Assembly (NCBI RefSeq): GCF_009914755.1
Contig: NC_060937.1
DNA: 64,000 nucleotides
Origin: the human T2T-CHM13v2.0 reference genome, Homo sapiens
Direction: 5' to 3' (one strand)
Under the pieces are notes generated by a model. That model was not told where the DNA came from and did not search any database. It worked only from the letters and a program-made list of their open reading frames with translations. A program made the position numbers and the translations under genes. Positions 43,501 through 56,699 of the stretch are shown here, one piece after another. Each line of letters opens with the position of its first letter. The first letter of the stretch is position 1.

Positions 43501-45832
43501 AATATATTCATGTGAAACCTTCTGGAAGGCATGGAGACAAACACAGGTATGTTATATAAAGTAATCTGTCCTCATTTCTCCAGGTAGAGGCTTAAAAATG
43601 CTATTCATCATCTTCACTATAGCTGAGATAATTTGATTAATAATAGCTATAATTATGTATCAAAACATAAAGAAGAAAAAGAATAGTCAAATATTTGCCA
43701 TCACTATACAGTAATTTGTCCTTAGGAAGACATTCAGTATATATTCTAGCTCTTTTTTTGATAAATAGAAAAGATTTTGGTAGACATTAGACTAATACAT
43801 GAACCAATTACTGACACATAAATATATGAGAAACAAATTAAAAATATAAAACTTGTTCTCACAGGAAGAGACAAGGCATGGTTTTTAGTAATGAAGAAAG
43901 AAATAATTAGTCCTGATTGATATCTACAAGCTCAACTCATTTCATAAAAATTAGCCTGTGGGGTGGTACTAATAGGAAAATAAATGAAATCAATAATTAC
44001 AGTAATAATTATCTGCTTACATTAAAATGCATATGAAAAAATATTTAAATTTCTTTTCTCATCAGCTGGTCTCCAGCATGCATGGGTAATGAATGGCGTT
44101 TACCAAACTTGTTGCTGGTGAAAATGTGGACAAATATAAGCAGAACCTTGATTCCTTTTCACTATGTCCAACCTATAAAAAAATTCAAGGCTGGTCTTTC
44201 CCAGAAGTGATGAGGGTACATTGTGTGTTTGAGATCAGATGGTCAGGTGTGCAGCCTTTGTGAATAGGCCTATTCTGCTAACATTTACCAAGGATCACAA
44301 GTTCCTGTAGCTAGCTAGAAGATCTAGGAGCTAGTCTATTGTTTGAACAAACTGAAGCTTTCTTTGGAAAATCTTGGCAATGGGAAGTGCATTTGCGTAT
44401 TTATGCATGACAACTGTCACACATTTTTCTCTCTGAAGGAAATAAGTCTTTAATTTCCTATTGAACTTGTTCAATTGACAGATTTTTTTTTTTTTTTTGG
44501 CAGCAGCTTCATGTATAAAACATGAGGCAGAAACAGACTACCAGTACTATGTGGAAATCTTCTGAAAGGAAGATCTTTTTGGTTAGAGTCATTTACACTG
44601 GAAACAAAAAAATGATCTTACTGAAAGCGGTGCTATATGAAGTGGATGGCTAAAATAATTTTCAAGTTTCCTCTCTTTATAGAGTCCAGATAATGTGGTA
44701 GTAAGTTGAAACTGGCACGTGCTGATAATTTTAGAAATAGGTTTGCAACCCAATTTTGACAACAGTTTTTTCATAGCATTTCCTTGAGTGATGTTTTCCA
44801 AATATTGGAGGATACTAGATAACTCATCATAGAGATATACAACCTACTTTATCATATTTGCATGACTTTTAGTAGCTTATATGTAGCTCCCAGGATATAT
44901 AATTCCCTACCCTGTGTTGTTACTTCAACAATACCTTAAAGCATATCCTTGTTCATATGGCGATGCCATCTGAGGAAGGCACCTAGCTTATCAGAGCATT
45001 CTATCCTCAGTATGGAATCTGGAGAGCTATGAACCCCTTTTATTTTTACAAATTTCTCTCCATTTGAAATTACTGGCCACAGCCTGGTTTCTAGATTCCA
45101 AAATTACTCTCTTAAAGCTTTGAGACTGAGTCAAATCAGAAAGCCCACAGTAACATAGCGGGTGCTCTTAGCCTAATACATTTGTCAGAAATTCTGAATG
45201 CCACTTACTTCCCTTGCTCCTCATTCCCGTAGTTGTTTTGAGCCTAGCCTGAAATCACATTTTGAGAGTGATCTGGAGATCTTCAAATAAACCTATATCT
45301 TCCAAACGGACCTAAGTTTTCTGAACAGGTCTTGGCTAACAACAGTACAAGAACTCTCTGGAAGCAAAACAAAACAAACAAAATAAACGCAATACTTTGC
45401 CAGCTAATTAGCTTTCTGATTGCCAATAGGGAATTATTCATTTCCATGCATTCATTTTCTCTAACACACTACGCTAGTCTGGTGTTAGTTCAGTCATAGC
45501 ATAGCAAAAGATATATGTGTGTTCTTAGCTTATCTGTGTATATATTTTCTTTCTGCCTGAGTCAATCAGGCATTTATTTTTAGTACCTTCTATTGCTAAG
45601 AACTCTGTAAGGTGCTATGGGTTACATAAAGAAGCAGAAGAGTCCATTCTTAGTTTCAGGTTTACAGTTCAGTTGGAAAGAACAAATTAATGGAAGCCAA
45701 AAAAGCAATGTATTGTTAAATTATCAAGTACGGAGCTTAGCATGATAGAAGTTCACAGAATAATCAAAAGATAAGATAGAGTTGAGTTGGGGAACATTCA
45801 ATGAACAAAGTAATGCCAGAGCTGTTTATTGA

Positions 45833-46189
<357 letters not shown>

Positions 46190-49100
46190 AAAGGATGGTC
46201 TTGATAGAGAGGCATATTTATAAATATGAAAGACAAGTCATATTTTCCCCCAGACATAATTGGCTGTCTTAACCATGTAATTTCCTTCCAATGCAACACA
46301 TTATTCCAGATATAAAATGGTCACTTGAAAGAGAATCAGTCTTTTCCTCAGTTTTTCTGGAATATAAGTGCAGTTCTTTTTCTTTAAGGCTAGAGACTTG
46401 GTATATTAAATGTACTAAACTTTCTTTTTAATGTTAAGTAGAGTGAGATTTTGAGGATGTAATCCTAACTGAACAGTAACCAATACCAAGTAACTTATTG
46501 AACCAAGCTTTAAATACCATGATGAAAAAACTATATTTCTTATTAATTATGCCAAAATAAACTGCCTTTAAAAGTATATTAAGCTTCCCAGGAATCTAAA
46601 GATGCAGGAAGATAGTTACAATGTGGTTCAAATTTAGTTTGCCCCACAGGGTCCATCATGTAGGCACACTATGCCTCCGTGTTAATGTATTCTAAGTTTG
46701 GTAAAACCATGGCCACCTTCCTATGGCCAGAAACCAATCTTTTGCAGAGGAATGGTCCCCAGACAAGCCCAAATACGTGGCTTCCCAAAGCTTTTTCATG
46801 ACTATACAGTCCCATAAAATGTTGCTAAGGATATTATAGCGTCACAGAGTTTTAGAGTTTGGAGGAGCCATAGAGATCATCGTTCAACTCTCAAAATTAC
46901 AGTGAAGAAAGCACAGCTGCGTAGAAGTGCCATCTGTTTTCACTTTGCTGTAGACTAATTATACTGGACTCTCTTCTGGACCTCCTTCTCAACTGTAGAC
47001 ATCCTAACACGTGGACTGCTTCTGAATCCTTCCACGGTATGGCAGGACTCCTGGAATCTTGGGAGCCTTTTCTGTGCCATGAAGACACTGAATAGAATGT
47101 ACACCACAGCGTTTCCAGATGGTCAACCGGCAAGGGAGCTGTTTAAGCAAATGCATGAATGAAGGTGGCCATGGTTGGTGTGAGGCCGGGGAAGACCCTG
47201 CTTTAGTCTCATTCTATGTGAAATTCAGTCCTTTGATGAAAATTTTAAAATCTTACTGAATATAGATGTGGGGAAAACTATTATTTAAGAGTTGCAAGCC
47301 GGGTTCTACCTCTAGCTCAAATTTATGTAGCAAACTGGGAGAAATCCCGTAATATGCATTTTTTTGTTATGTAAAAGGTAAGGCAGAAGTTTAACCATAG
47401 TTCTTAAGGGGAAACTTAAATATAGTGAGATAAATTAGATTCAAATGTTTTAAACTAAGAAGTAAAATTCTCTGTTTGTTCATGTAAATGTAGGTATGTT
47501 TAGCAGTTGCTACCTAGGGGCCAATGTTTCCTTTCTCTGCATGGAATTAGACTCTTCTGGCATGTTTATTATTCAGCGGCCTTGAAGAGTGATTTTTTGT
47601 TTGAGGTTCTCTTCCCCATGCCCGGGAAAGTTGGAGCCATTTCAGTGAGAACTTGATGTTTACCTTATCCTGGAAGAGAAAAAAAAATATTGTGGTATGC
47701 AACCTATACAGAAAGATTGCTGTCTATTTAAGGCTAAATAAGGCAGATTTGGGAAAGTATATTAAAGTTTTAGTGCCATATATGGGTGACGCCATAGGAC
47801 CAGACCACATCTCTGAAGATGGAAGTTGTGGTTTCCTCTGAAAGTAGAGTAATCCACTGCCCATCACCCTGGGAAGAGGTGAATCTTGGGACTGCAAGTA
47901 AAAACTCGGGATTGTGGGGTTTTGACGGTTAGGTCTGGGGGAGAGTGTGGGGAGTCTTTTCTCCTCTCTCTGAAGCCTCATGGAAACCAAATAAAGCAGA
48001 TGTGCTAGAGGGCACACCTGTTGAAGAGCGGTTGCCATCCTCATCCAGATACCAGGCTGGGAGAAAGACAGAGAAGTATCATTTAGGGACTCTGAAGAAT
48101 GTTGTCCTGAACTTGGGGCTGGGAGGACTCTCCAGAGTAACTTGAGAGGACATCCACTGTAGCTTCTAATGTATTCTGCATGTGGATAGTCCCTTTTGTT
48201 TTCTATTAACTTTCAGCAAAGCCTGATTAGAACGTACCACTTGGTCTCTTCTTTGCTTGAGGGAAAGAACAGTGTCCCCTCTTAGAGGCCACGGGGCTGG
48301 TGGCATTGGTGTTCATCAGGAGAGGATAGCTGTGTCTGGTCCAGAAGACACGTGACAGGGGTTCTCAGTATAAAGGCAGCAAAGTGCAGTGTGATGAGCA
48401 AATGCATGAGCAAGACTGAACAAATGTGTGAGCACCACTATTTCCTCCCAGAAAATAGCTCAAAGATGCTTGGAAGTTCCCTAATTCATGGAAAACCAGT
48501 AGATGGGACTTGAGCTATTATTGTGGGAGCTTTACAAGGAAATATAACCTTATTTTATATTCATATATAGCTGATGCTTGAACATTTAATTATATGCATT
48601 TGTGTAATAGGTACCAGAGACTGTTCCCTTCTGTTTTACTGAACATAGTAAATCATCATATAACAGATCATTTTCCAGAATCTCTTGAAGTTTTACATTA
48701 AATAAGGATAGGGTGACTACTGGGCAGTCTTTACCAAGGGCAAGAGTATAATGGGAATCTTTTGTGACCTGACCAAAGCTAGCTCCTCACCATATCTCTT
48801 AATCAGCATAGCTGGTCAGCAGAGAGGAGTCTGATAAACTCTGGACTTTCTGACTAAAGTCTGAAATTATGGACTTTTGCTCACCTCTTCAGATGGCCTG
48901 GCACAGGTAGACCAAAGTGGGCAAAAAGGATATCAATAGCTTCAAAAAGAAACATAGAAAAAAGAATGGGCTATGTGGGGGTGGTGGCCCTTGGTCTATG
49001 ACAGAGGAAGGCTGTTTTGGAAAACAAAAATGTGGCTGAGATTGAAAATTGCCTTAGGATCCAGCTATCCTGGCATATTGTTGTGGTTCGGGAACAAAGC

Positions 49101-49804
49101 TGAGCATTTGAACATGGGACACTCTTTGGTTTAGGTATGAGGGTGTCCTTGCAGGATGGACATGCTTTCGTGGCATGGTGCAAAGCTAGTTTTAACAATG
49201 ATTTCCAGTGAGTGCAAAAAACAAAGCTATAGTAAAGGATTAAACTCATTTCCCTAGGGCATTGAGTAAGCCTTGAGATTCTTAAACTGAAATTAAACTG
49301 TAACAAGGGTCTGTATGTGTGTGGGAGAGGAATGCTTTCCAGGGCAGGTTTCAAAAGTGAGATACTAGACTTCCCACTAATATGTCATGTGGGTGCTCAC
49401 TGGAAATATAAAGGAATATGACTGCTCTGTACCCTTGCATTAATGAATCAGTATGTGCCTATTGCGTTTGTAAAATTATAGAGAAATTACAACGTTACAT
49501 TGTTTAGGGTAATCCCAAATCATAATACATACTGTGATTGTTTTTCTTTATGTTTATTAATTTAAATGAGAGGTCCAGGGAACATATCCTAAAAACCACA
49601 AAGAAGATTTGGTCTCTTCTGGGAGGTCTATGACAGTAAGTCACAGCACACAAATTTTCTTGCATAGCTGACTGCAGGCTAATTCTGAAATATCCCTTTT
49701 AAGTGATGTCAGTGGAAGTCTGAAAGCATATAATATAAACGCTGGGTAGTCTATCAACCTGTGGCTTCTCATTATATATGTGATTCACTATGTTAACTTG
49801 GTGC

Positions 49805-49930
49805 ATTATATAACTTCGCAGTTTACAAAGCACTTTCACATATGTTATTTGTGCCTCACAATAACACCGATCAGTATGTAGAGCTATGATTATTAACCAC
49901 ATTTAATACTTGAGGACACTGGGCCCAAAG
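49805..49930 (-). mobile_element. MIR fragment
   Basis: CAGTTTACAAAGCACTTTCACATATGTTATTTGTGCCTCACAATAAC. Confidence 0.65.
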
Positions 49931-50004
49931 GTAATAAATTATATAACTATAAATAAGTACAAGAGGGTTTAAATTTAAAGAATAGATACTAACTGAAAAA
50001 AGGA

Positions 50005-50930
50005 AAGGAGTAACTTTGCAGTGATCAAAGTTAACAGCACCAATAAGGACACATATCAACATCATGTACCTCCTGATCTTATGCTCTAAGAAGACAACAA
50101 CATCACTTCCATATGATTCTTGCCAGAAATACATAACCTGAATCATAAGAAAACATTAAACAAACCCAAATTGTGAGGCATTCTATCAAATAATTGGCCA
50201 GTACTGTCTAGGTCCATTTTGTGCTGCTATAACAGAATACTTGAGATTGGGTAATTTATAATGAACAGAAATTTATTTCTCATGATTCTGGAGGCTGGGA
50301 AGTCCAAGATTGAAGGGACAGCATCTGGTGAGGGCCTTCTTGCTACATTACCCTGTGGCAGAAGGCAGAAGGGAAAGAGAGCTCCTCAGTGAGAGAGCAA
50401 GAGGGGGCCAAATTTGCTTTTATAATTGATCCACTCCCAGAATAAAAACACTAATCCATTCATGAGGGCAGAGTCCTTGTGATCTAATCACCTCTTATTA
50501 GTCTCCCACCTCCCAACACTGTTGCATTAGGGATTAAGTTTCCACACAGGAACTTTGGAGGACACATTCAAATCATAGCAAGTACTATTAAAAAAGGTCA
50601 AAGCCATAAGAGACAAAGAAAGAATGAAGAACAGTTGCTGATTGTAGGAGACAAGGAACCATGATCACTAAATGCAATTTGGGAATTTCGATCCTGGACC
50701 TGAAAAAGAACATTAGTGGCACAACTGGTAAAATTTGAATAAGAATTATAAATTAGTTACTAATATTCTTGTCAAGGTTAATTTCACGATTTTGTTAATT
50801 GTGCTATGGCTATGTAAGATGTTAAAACTTGAGAAAGTTATGAGAAGGGTATACAGGAATTCTCTGTACTGTTTATACAACTTTTTTGTAAGTCTGAAGT
50901 TATTTCAAAACAAAAGTTAAAATAAATTAT
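50005..50930 (+). mobile_element. L1MC/ME-type 3' UTR split by an MST LTR
   Basis: CAGTGATCAAAGTTAACA...AAACCCAAATTG..GCATTCTA | ...CTGTACTGTTTATACAACTTTTTTGTAAGTCTGAA. Confidence 0.8.
50205..50580 (-). mobile_element. MST (MSTC/MSTD-type) MaLR solo LTR
   Basis: TGTCTAGGTCCATTTTGTGCTGCTATAACAGAATAC...GACACATTCAAATCATAGCA. Perfect TSD AGTAC (50200-50204, 50581-50585). Confidence 0.9.
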
Positions 50931-51104
50931 AAATAAACAGGCTTTCTAGTATAGCCAGGCCAATTTTTATCCCCAATGACAATGTACATAAGCTTCAAAA
51001 CTCAATGTTAATCAAAATAAATAGTCCATTAATCTAAAAACTGGACTCATGAATGTCCCTATGGGGCTCTTCTATGTTTTACCATGGAATACTATGGAAT
51101 TCTG

Positions 51105-51305
51105 GGGAGGAATAGAACACAGTGGTAAAAACTTTAGGCCTCGGATTTGGATAGATCGGTTTTAAATACCAGTCCTGCCGTTTTGTACCTATGTGAACCT
51201 CAATTTCTCTATGTGAAAAATTGGAATGCATAGCAATATCATAAGATTGTTGAGGGATTAAAGGTGTCAATGTATGCTAAGGCCTGAACACAATGCTAGG
51301 TACAG
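51105..51305 (+). mobile_element. MIR
   Basis: CAGTGGTAAAAAC...CCTCAATTTCTCTATGTGAAAAATTGG...GATTGTTGAGGGATTAAA. Confidence 0.65.
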
Positions 51306-53622
51306 GTCCCAGCTTTTGAACTATAATTGAATTTAAATAAAAGGGTGAGAAGAGAGCACCATGGGCCAGTTACCACTTTTTGTCAGAATGGTTACTTGGT
51401 TTGATATTTCACCAGCTTAAATGGGCACGTTTACTAAAAAGCTGCTTATGCATGCTTACTACTGATAATACAGAAGGGAAATAATGTCATTTAGACACAT
51501 TTTCCAGGGATATTTTGAAAATAACTGAATTGCAGCTAAAAGCTTGCCATGGAAAAGATCTCAGCTGTCACCACTGCTGCATCTGGAGTCACTTGGGTAC
51601 TGTCACCAGGAGAAAGTGGAAAAAAGGATCTCTGCTCAAAGCTTCAGTGCCCATGACAGAGAGCTAGGAAGAAACCATGATTGCTCCCAGAGTACAGCAA
51701 AGCCTGCTTTGAGTGGGTGGACAAGGCTTTATAAAACTTGGAAAGGCTCTTCAAAGAACAATTAAAAACAATCTCCTGTAGTGGGAGGTGAATCTGGCTG
51801 GGAAGCTCCTGCTTTCTTTCCCCAGGGTAGAATTCCCAGGCTTCTGGATCCTGGTGGAGTGCCCTTGGCAGTGGACAGCAAAGCATGTTCTCTTTTCACT
51901 TTCCTGGGGTTCAGAGTGGTGGTTTTGAGTACACGGAGTGAAGAACATCTGGCTCTCCTGAAGCTGAAAGAGATCTGAAGTCAGCAGGTGGGGGTTGGAG
52001 GTTTATGAAAATAGTAGGGTGAAGTTCATTTTGTGGACAACTCTTGGCCCCGGGTGTTATTTATTTCAAATTTTATACTGCTGAGCTCCTGTGGGCTTAT
52101 TACAGATCAATTCATAAACAAGCACACACTAAGTTGTGTCCTGGGGATAAATAATGAGTTTATGTGACTTTGGGGTTGTGTGTTAGAGGTGAGAGGGGAG
52201 CCACAGCTGAGGACTCAGTGTAATAAACTGGAATTCCAGGCTACACCCCTATGTGGACAAAAGACTTGAAGAAGAAATGTCCATGAACTATGCACAAGTT
52301 TTAAGGCACTGAACTCATATCTTTCACATTTCTAAAAGGAATTACTGTGAATTAAAGGCAAAAACGCATCCCATGGAGCAGCCAGCTCTCTTTAAGAGTA
52401 CATGAATAGGTGTGATAAATATTTTTGGAGAACTGATCTGATCTATAAAATCACTTTAATATGTATTTAATATTTCTAGTAATAACAATCCAAAATCATT
52501 TATGCAATCATCTCACAAATACCTATGTGTCAGAATGACATGTAAGCCAAGATTTTAAATAATTTATGCTAAATATATTTTGATGATTTTATAGTTTTTC
52601 CTTCATAAGAAAGATTCTTATGATGTAATGAACATCAAGAGACGTCTCCCTTTCCCAACTCAAAACAGATCCCTTTATGGCAGTACTCTGTGCACATAGA
52701 CTGTTAATCTTTGTGCATTTGAAGTGGTGGAAACTCAGTAAATGAAAGGATGAGTAATCACGACGGTTATGTGTGGCAGCCCTGTCTGAGCAGAGCAGTA
52801 ACAAGGGAGGCTTCACAGTTCCAAATTACACATGAAACAAAAGGATGTTCATTTCTCACGATGAAGTCAATTTCCATGAGATCCTGGGAAGAAAAGTCCT
52901 CATCCAAGAGAAAGAATCTTAGCAATTCCAAGAAATCATTTAGCCCAGAAGTCCAGAGTCTTTTTGCAACACAAAATGTCACAGGTAGGCAAAGATATAA
53001 TTGAAAGAGAAGAATGAGGGGAAAATGAAGGAACAATTTTTTCAGAGAGGGAGAGACTCATACAGAAGAAAACAGAGATTAAAATTGAGAGAATTCCCAC
53101 GGAAGGACACAGAGCTCCCCCCGCCTCAGCCTTTCTCTGAATGTGACTCAGTAGTGTTCACGGCATAAGCCGTCCTCCTTGCTTCATGCCACCCTCATCC
53201 TCAACACAGGTTCCTGCACAGGCAGAATGGCTGGAAGCTCTGGATAGAGCACAATTCCAAGATGTCCCTATCCTAAAGTCAGGGAAAGACCACTCTGTGA
53301 AACAGACTCTAGAAGAACAGCAATTGGATGCCTTTGTTGTTTGTAAAGTAACCCATGGGCAATGGATTATAACTGAGTTGCTGATGGGATCATCCTGTTT
53401 CTCAGTCCAGTCAATAGAACTCTTCATTGTATTGTGATCTACTCACTATAGGATAGTTGTGATTTTGGTAACTAATAAAAACAGTAATTGGATAGTTCAG
53501 AATGTGTTTGTGTAATTGGTTAGCATTTATTCAGCCTAGTCCATGTGAAAAGGGGCACTGTATCTGAAAAAAACACAGTATTTCAATCATTACAAGGGTG
53601 AATTTGGTACTTAGGACAAAGA

Positions 53623-53627
53623 CTCTC

Positions 53628-53665
<38 letters not shown>

Positions 53666-53760
53666 CATCCATGCATGCATGCATCCATCCATCCATGCAT
53701 GCATGCATGCATCCATCCATGCATGCATGCATCCATCCATCCATCCATGCATCCATCATC
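53623..53760 (+). repeat. Compound microsatellite: (CT)n followed by (CATC/CATG)n
   Basis: CTCTCT... then CCATCCATGCATGCATGCATCCATCC... Confidence 0.92.
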
Positions 53761-53938
53761 TTCACATCCTATATATTAATTGTGTTCAATTTCCTCTTGC
53801 CACTACAAATTTTGGGCTCCAACATAAACTCAGTGATGCCTGGTAATCTTTTTCTTCCCCTTTCTTGTTCATCACAAATTATTACTCTCACCACCTGTGC
53901 TCTTACGCCAATCATCCTTTCTGTTTAAGAACACTTCT

Positions 53939-54280
53939 GGTAGACATAGTGGCTCATGCCTGTAATCCCAGCACTTTGGGAGGCTGAGATGGGAGGGTAG
54001 CTTGAGACTAGGAATTTAAGACCAGCCCATGCAACATAGTGAGACCTCATCTCTCAAAAAAAAAAAAAAAAAAATTAGCAGGACATGGTTGGTTGCATGC
54101 ACCTCTGGTCCCAGCTACTTGGGAGGCTGAGGGAGGGAGGACCCTAAGCCCAGGAGCCCAGGAGTTCAAGGCGGCAGTGAGCCGTGATGGTGCCACTGCA
54201 CTCCAGCCTGGATAACAGAGCAAGACCCTGTCTCAGAAAAAGAAAAAACAAAAAAAAAAAAAACAAGACAAAACAAAAAA
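53939..54280 (+). mobile_element. AluJ
   Basis: Dimer with a long central A run, an internal GCCCAGGA duplication and an A/C-rich tail. Confidence 0.92.
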
Positions 54281-54289
54281 CACTAACAC

Positions 54290-55100
54290 TCCCTCTAATT
54301 CCTTAGCTCAGAATATGAGGCCTCAGTCTTTAGTATCCATTTTGCTTGACTTCTCTGGGGTGTTTAATACTACTGTTTTTGAAACTCTCTCATTATTTGG
54401 TTTCTAGAATACCATTCTCTTTTGCTCCCTTTACCTCTCTGACTTTCCAGCTTCCTGTAGTGGGCTTCATTTCCCTACCGTCCTCTTCGGTGCTATTGTG
54501 CTAGAGTTCTATCCTGGCCCTCTTTCCTCAGCACACACCAAGAAATCTCATTCCTTCCCCCATTTCACCCACTTGCATGCTCAGCCCTCTCAAATGCATA
54601 CCACCAGATCAGTTTCTTCTCCATCATTGCAGACCAAAGTAAGTGAAATTCAACATGCCTAAAAACAAATCCTTAGTTTTCCTCCCAGACTTGCTTCTAC
54701 CACCTTTCTTAGCTTGGTTAATAACATGTCAATCCACAAAGTAACCCAGTGCCAAATTCAACTTTCTTACTCATCCCTTCTTTCATCTTCCATGTTCAAA
54801 GCTTTACCTCCTTAACATTTCCCAAACCTATCTTCTCAATTCTGTCCTCATTTCTGTGTCTTAGTTCAGACCTTATTCATCTTTTTATTTTGGAGAATCT
54901 TAATAGTTTTCTCAATGGTTTTCCTGCCTCTATTCTTGCATACCACTAACTGATTATCCACACTTCAGCCAGAGTGATTGTTTTAAAATTCAAATCTAAC
55001 TAAACTACTTCTCTTCTTAAAACTCATTAGTGACTTCTCATTGCTTCATGGCCCTTGGATGCTCTTGGTGTCTAAGGCCTGATGGAACCGGCCTCTGCCT
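54290..55100 (+). mobile_element. L2 body
   Basis: CTTGACTTCTCTG..TTTGAAACTCTCTC..CTCAAATGCATAC..TTCAACATGCCTAAAA..CAGCCAGAGTGAT..AAATTCAAATCT. Confidence 0.8.
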
Positions 55101-56608
55101 GCCATGTTCTTCTGCCTACCACCGCAGTCTATGGTCAGCCATAGCTCAGCATAAGAGTAGTGAATGAAGAGCTTGAATAAAGATCCCCACAGGCTTTTCT
55201 CATGTCTAAAAAGATAGTCTCAAATGGTTTTAGCCTTGATATTTCCCTTGCTTCATCAGCATACACTCTGATTGTGTTGAATTTTGTGATTATTGGATGT
55301 TCCCTTGATAGCCTTCTATCTTGTGTCTACCGGCTGTTGAGGGCTCATGTGTTGATCTCACATCATATCTGATGTTTGCTCCCATTGAGTAAAGAAGCCT
55401 GCTTCATGTTCTAACAAAAAAATGGAAAGATTTAACATCACATTGCCAGAATCTGAGGATCTCTAGCAATAGCATATGTCATTAATTTCAGCGTTTGATA
55501 ATTTAAAAAATATGGAAAATTCCCACTCCCTACTTTTTTGCAGGATTCACAACTCTGCCAAGTTTGTAGCTCATCAGGATATTGACAAGCTAAATTTTGA
55601 GCTGTGAGGGAAAAAAAAATCTTCACATCTTTAGTTAGAAGCTTTATAAAGAGCAGAGCATTCAAATAAGCCAGTGTGGCGAGACGGGCAAAACACCAGA
55701 TTCCATTTCCAGCTTTTCCAGGAACAAGCGGTATGATCAGGGGCAAATTCCTCAACCTTTTTGGGACTCAGTTTCCTCATTTGTTAATCAAAAGCCTTGG
55801 CTGATGACTAAAATTATTCCCAGCACTAAAACGAAACACAACAAACAAAAACTTTCACAATCTTATTTCAAATTCCTACCCAAATTGGTGACTATAGAAT
55901 ATTTCCTTCATGGGGAGGGGAAATAAAAATAGGCATTTACATTGTTCAAAATTAAGTGATTTTTCTTTAGAGCCATTAGCCCTTCATTTCCTACAAATCA
56001 AGTTATGACCATTTTAAAGTAGTTACTGAAAAATTACAGGAACTTTTTTTCTTCTTACCAACTGACGCTACAGGTAACACAATTTCACTAATGCTGACCG
56101 TATGAAGTACAGCCTGGGAGAAAGTCTTCAGTTTGCTTAAAAAGGAAAAACATCTTTCCATTGGAGTAAGAAATATTCTAGAGCATTTACTACTCTGAAG
56201 TTAGTGTACAGAGATGAATGTTTTAAAAAGTGTAACCAGCTAGTGGCTGACTCTGATGAACAAGGAGTCAAGACCAGCATGAGAGAGGAAGGAGAGAGAG
56301 TTTGTGTCGAAGGTGATCTAAAGCAGTGATTTCTCTATGGAGGGCCTTATCATGTCACTCCCACATTCTAGATCCTCAACACCTCCCAGAAAAATGCAGG
56401 ATTCTTCTATTTCCTTCAGATATATAACAGATGTATAATGTTTAGACTATAACCAAACAGAAACCATAGTCAGCATGTCAGCCTCAACCAAATGGGAAAT
56501 TATGACATGATCTGGGTGACTGTATTTTCTGATTAAAACACAAATAATAAGTTGATAATGGAAATATATCTGGGAAAAAACCCGTATTTGGAAATTGGCA
56601 CATAAAAC

Positions 56609-56609
56609 G

Positions 56610-56647
<38 letters not shown>

Positions 56648-56688
56648 TATATATGTATACACACATACACACACACATATGTGTGTGT
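56609..56688 (+). repeat. (TA)n/(CA)n alternating purine-pyrimidine microsatellite
   Basis: TATATA...CACACA...TATGTGTGTG. Confidence 0.9.
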
Positions 56689-56699
56689 CTATTATACAA

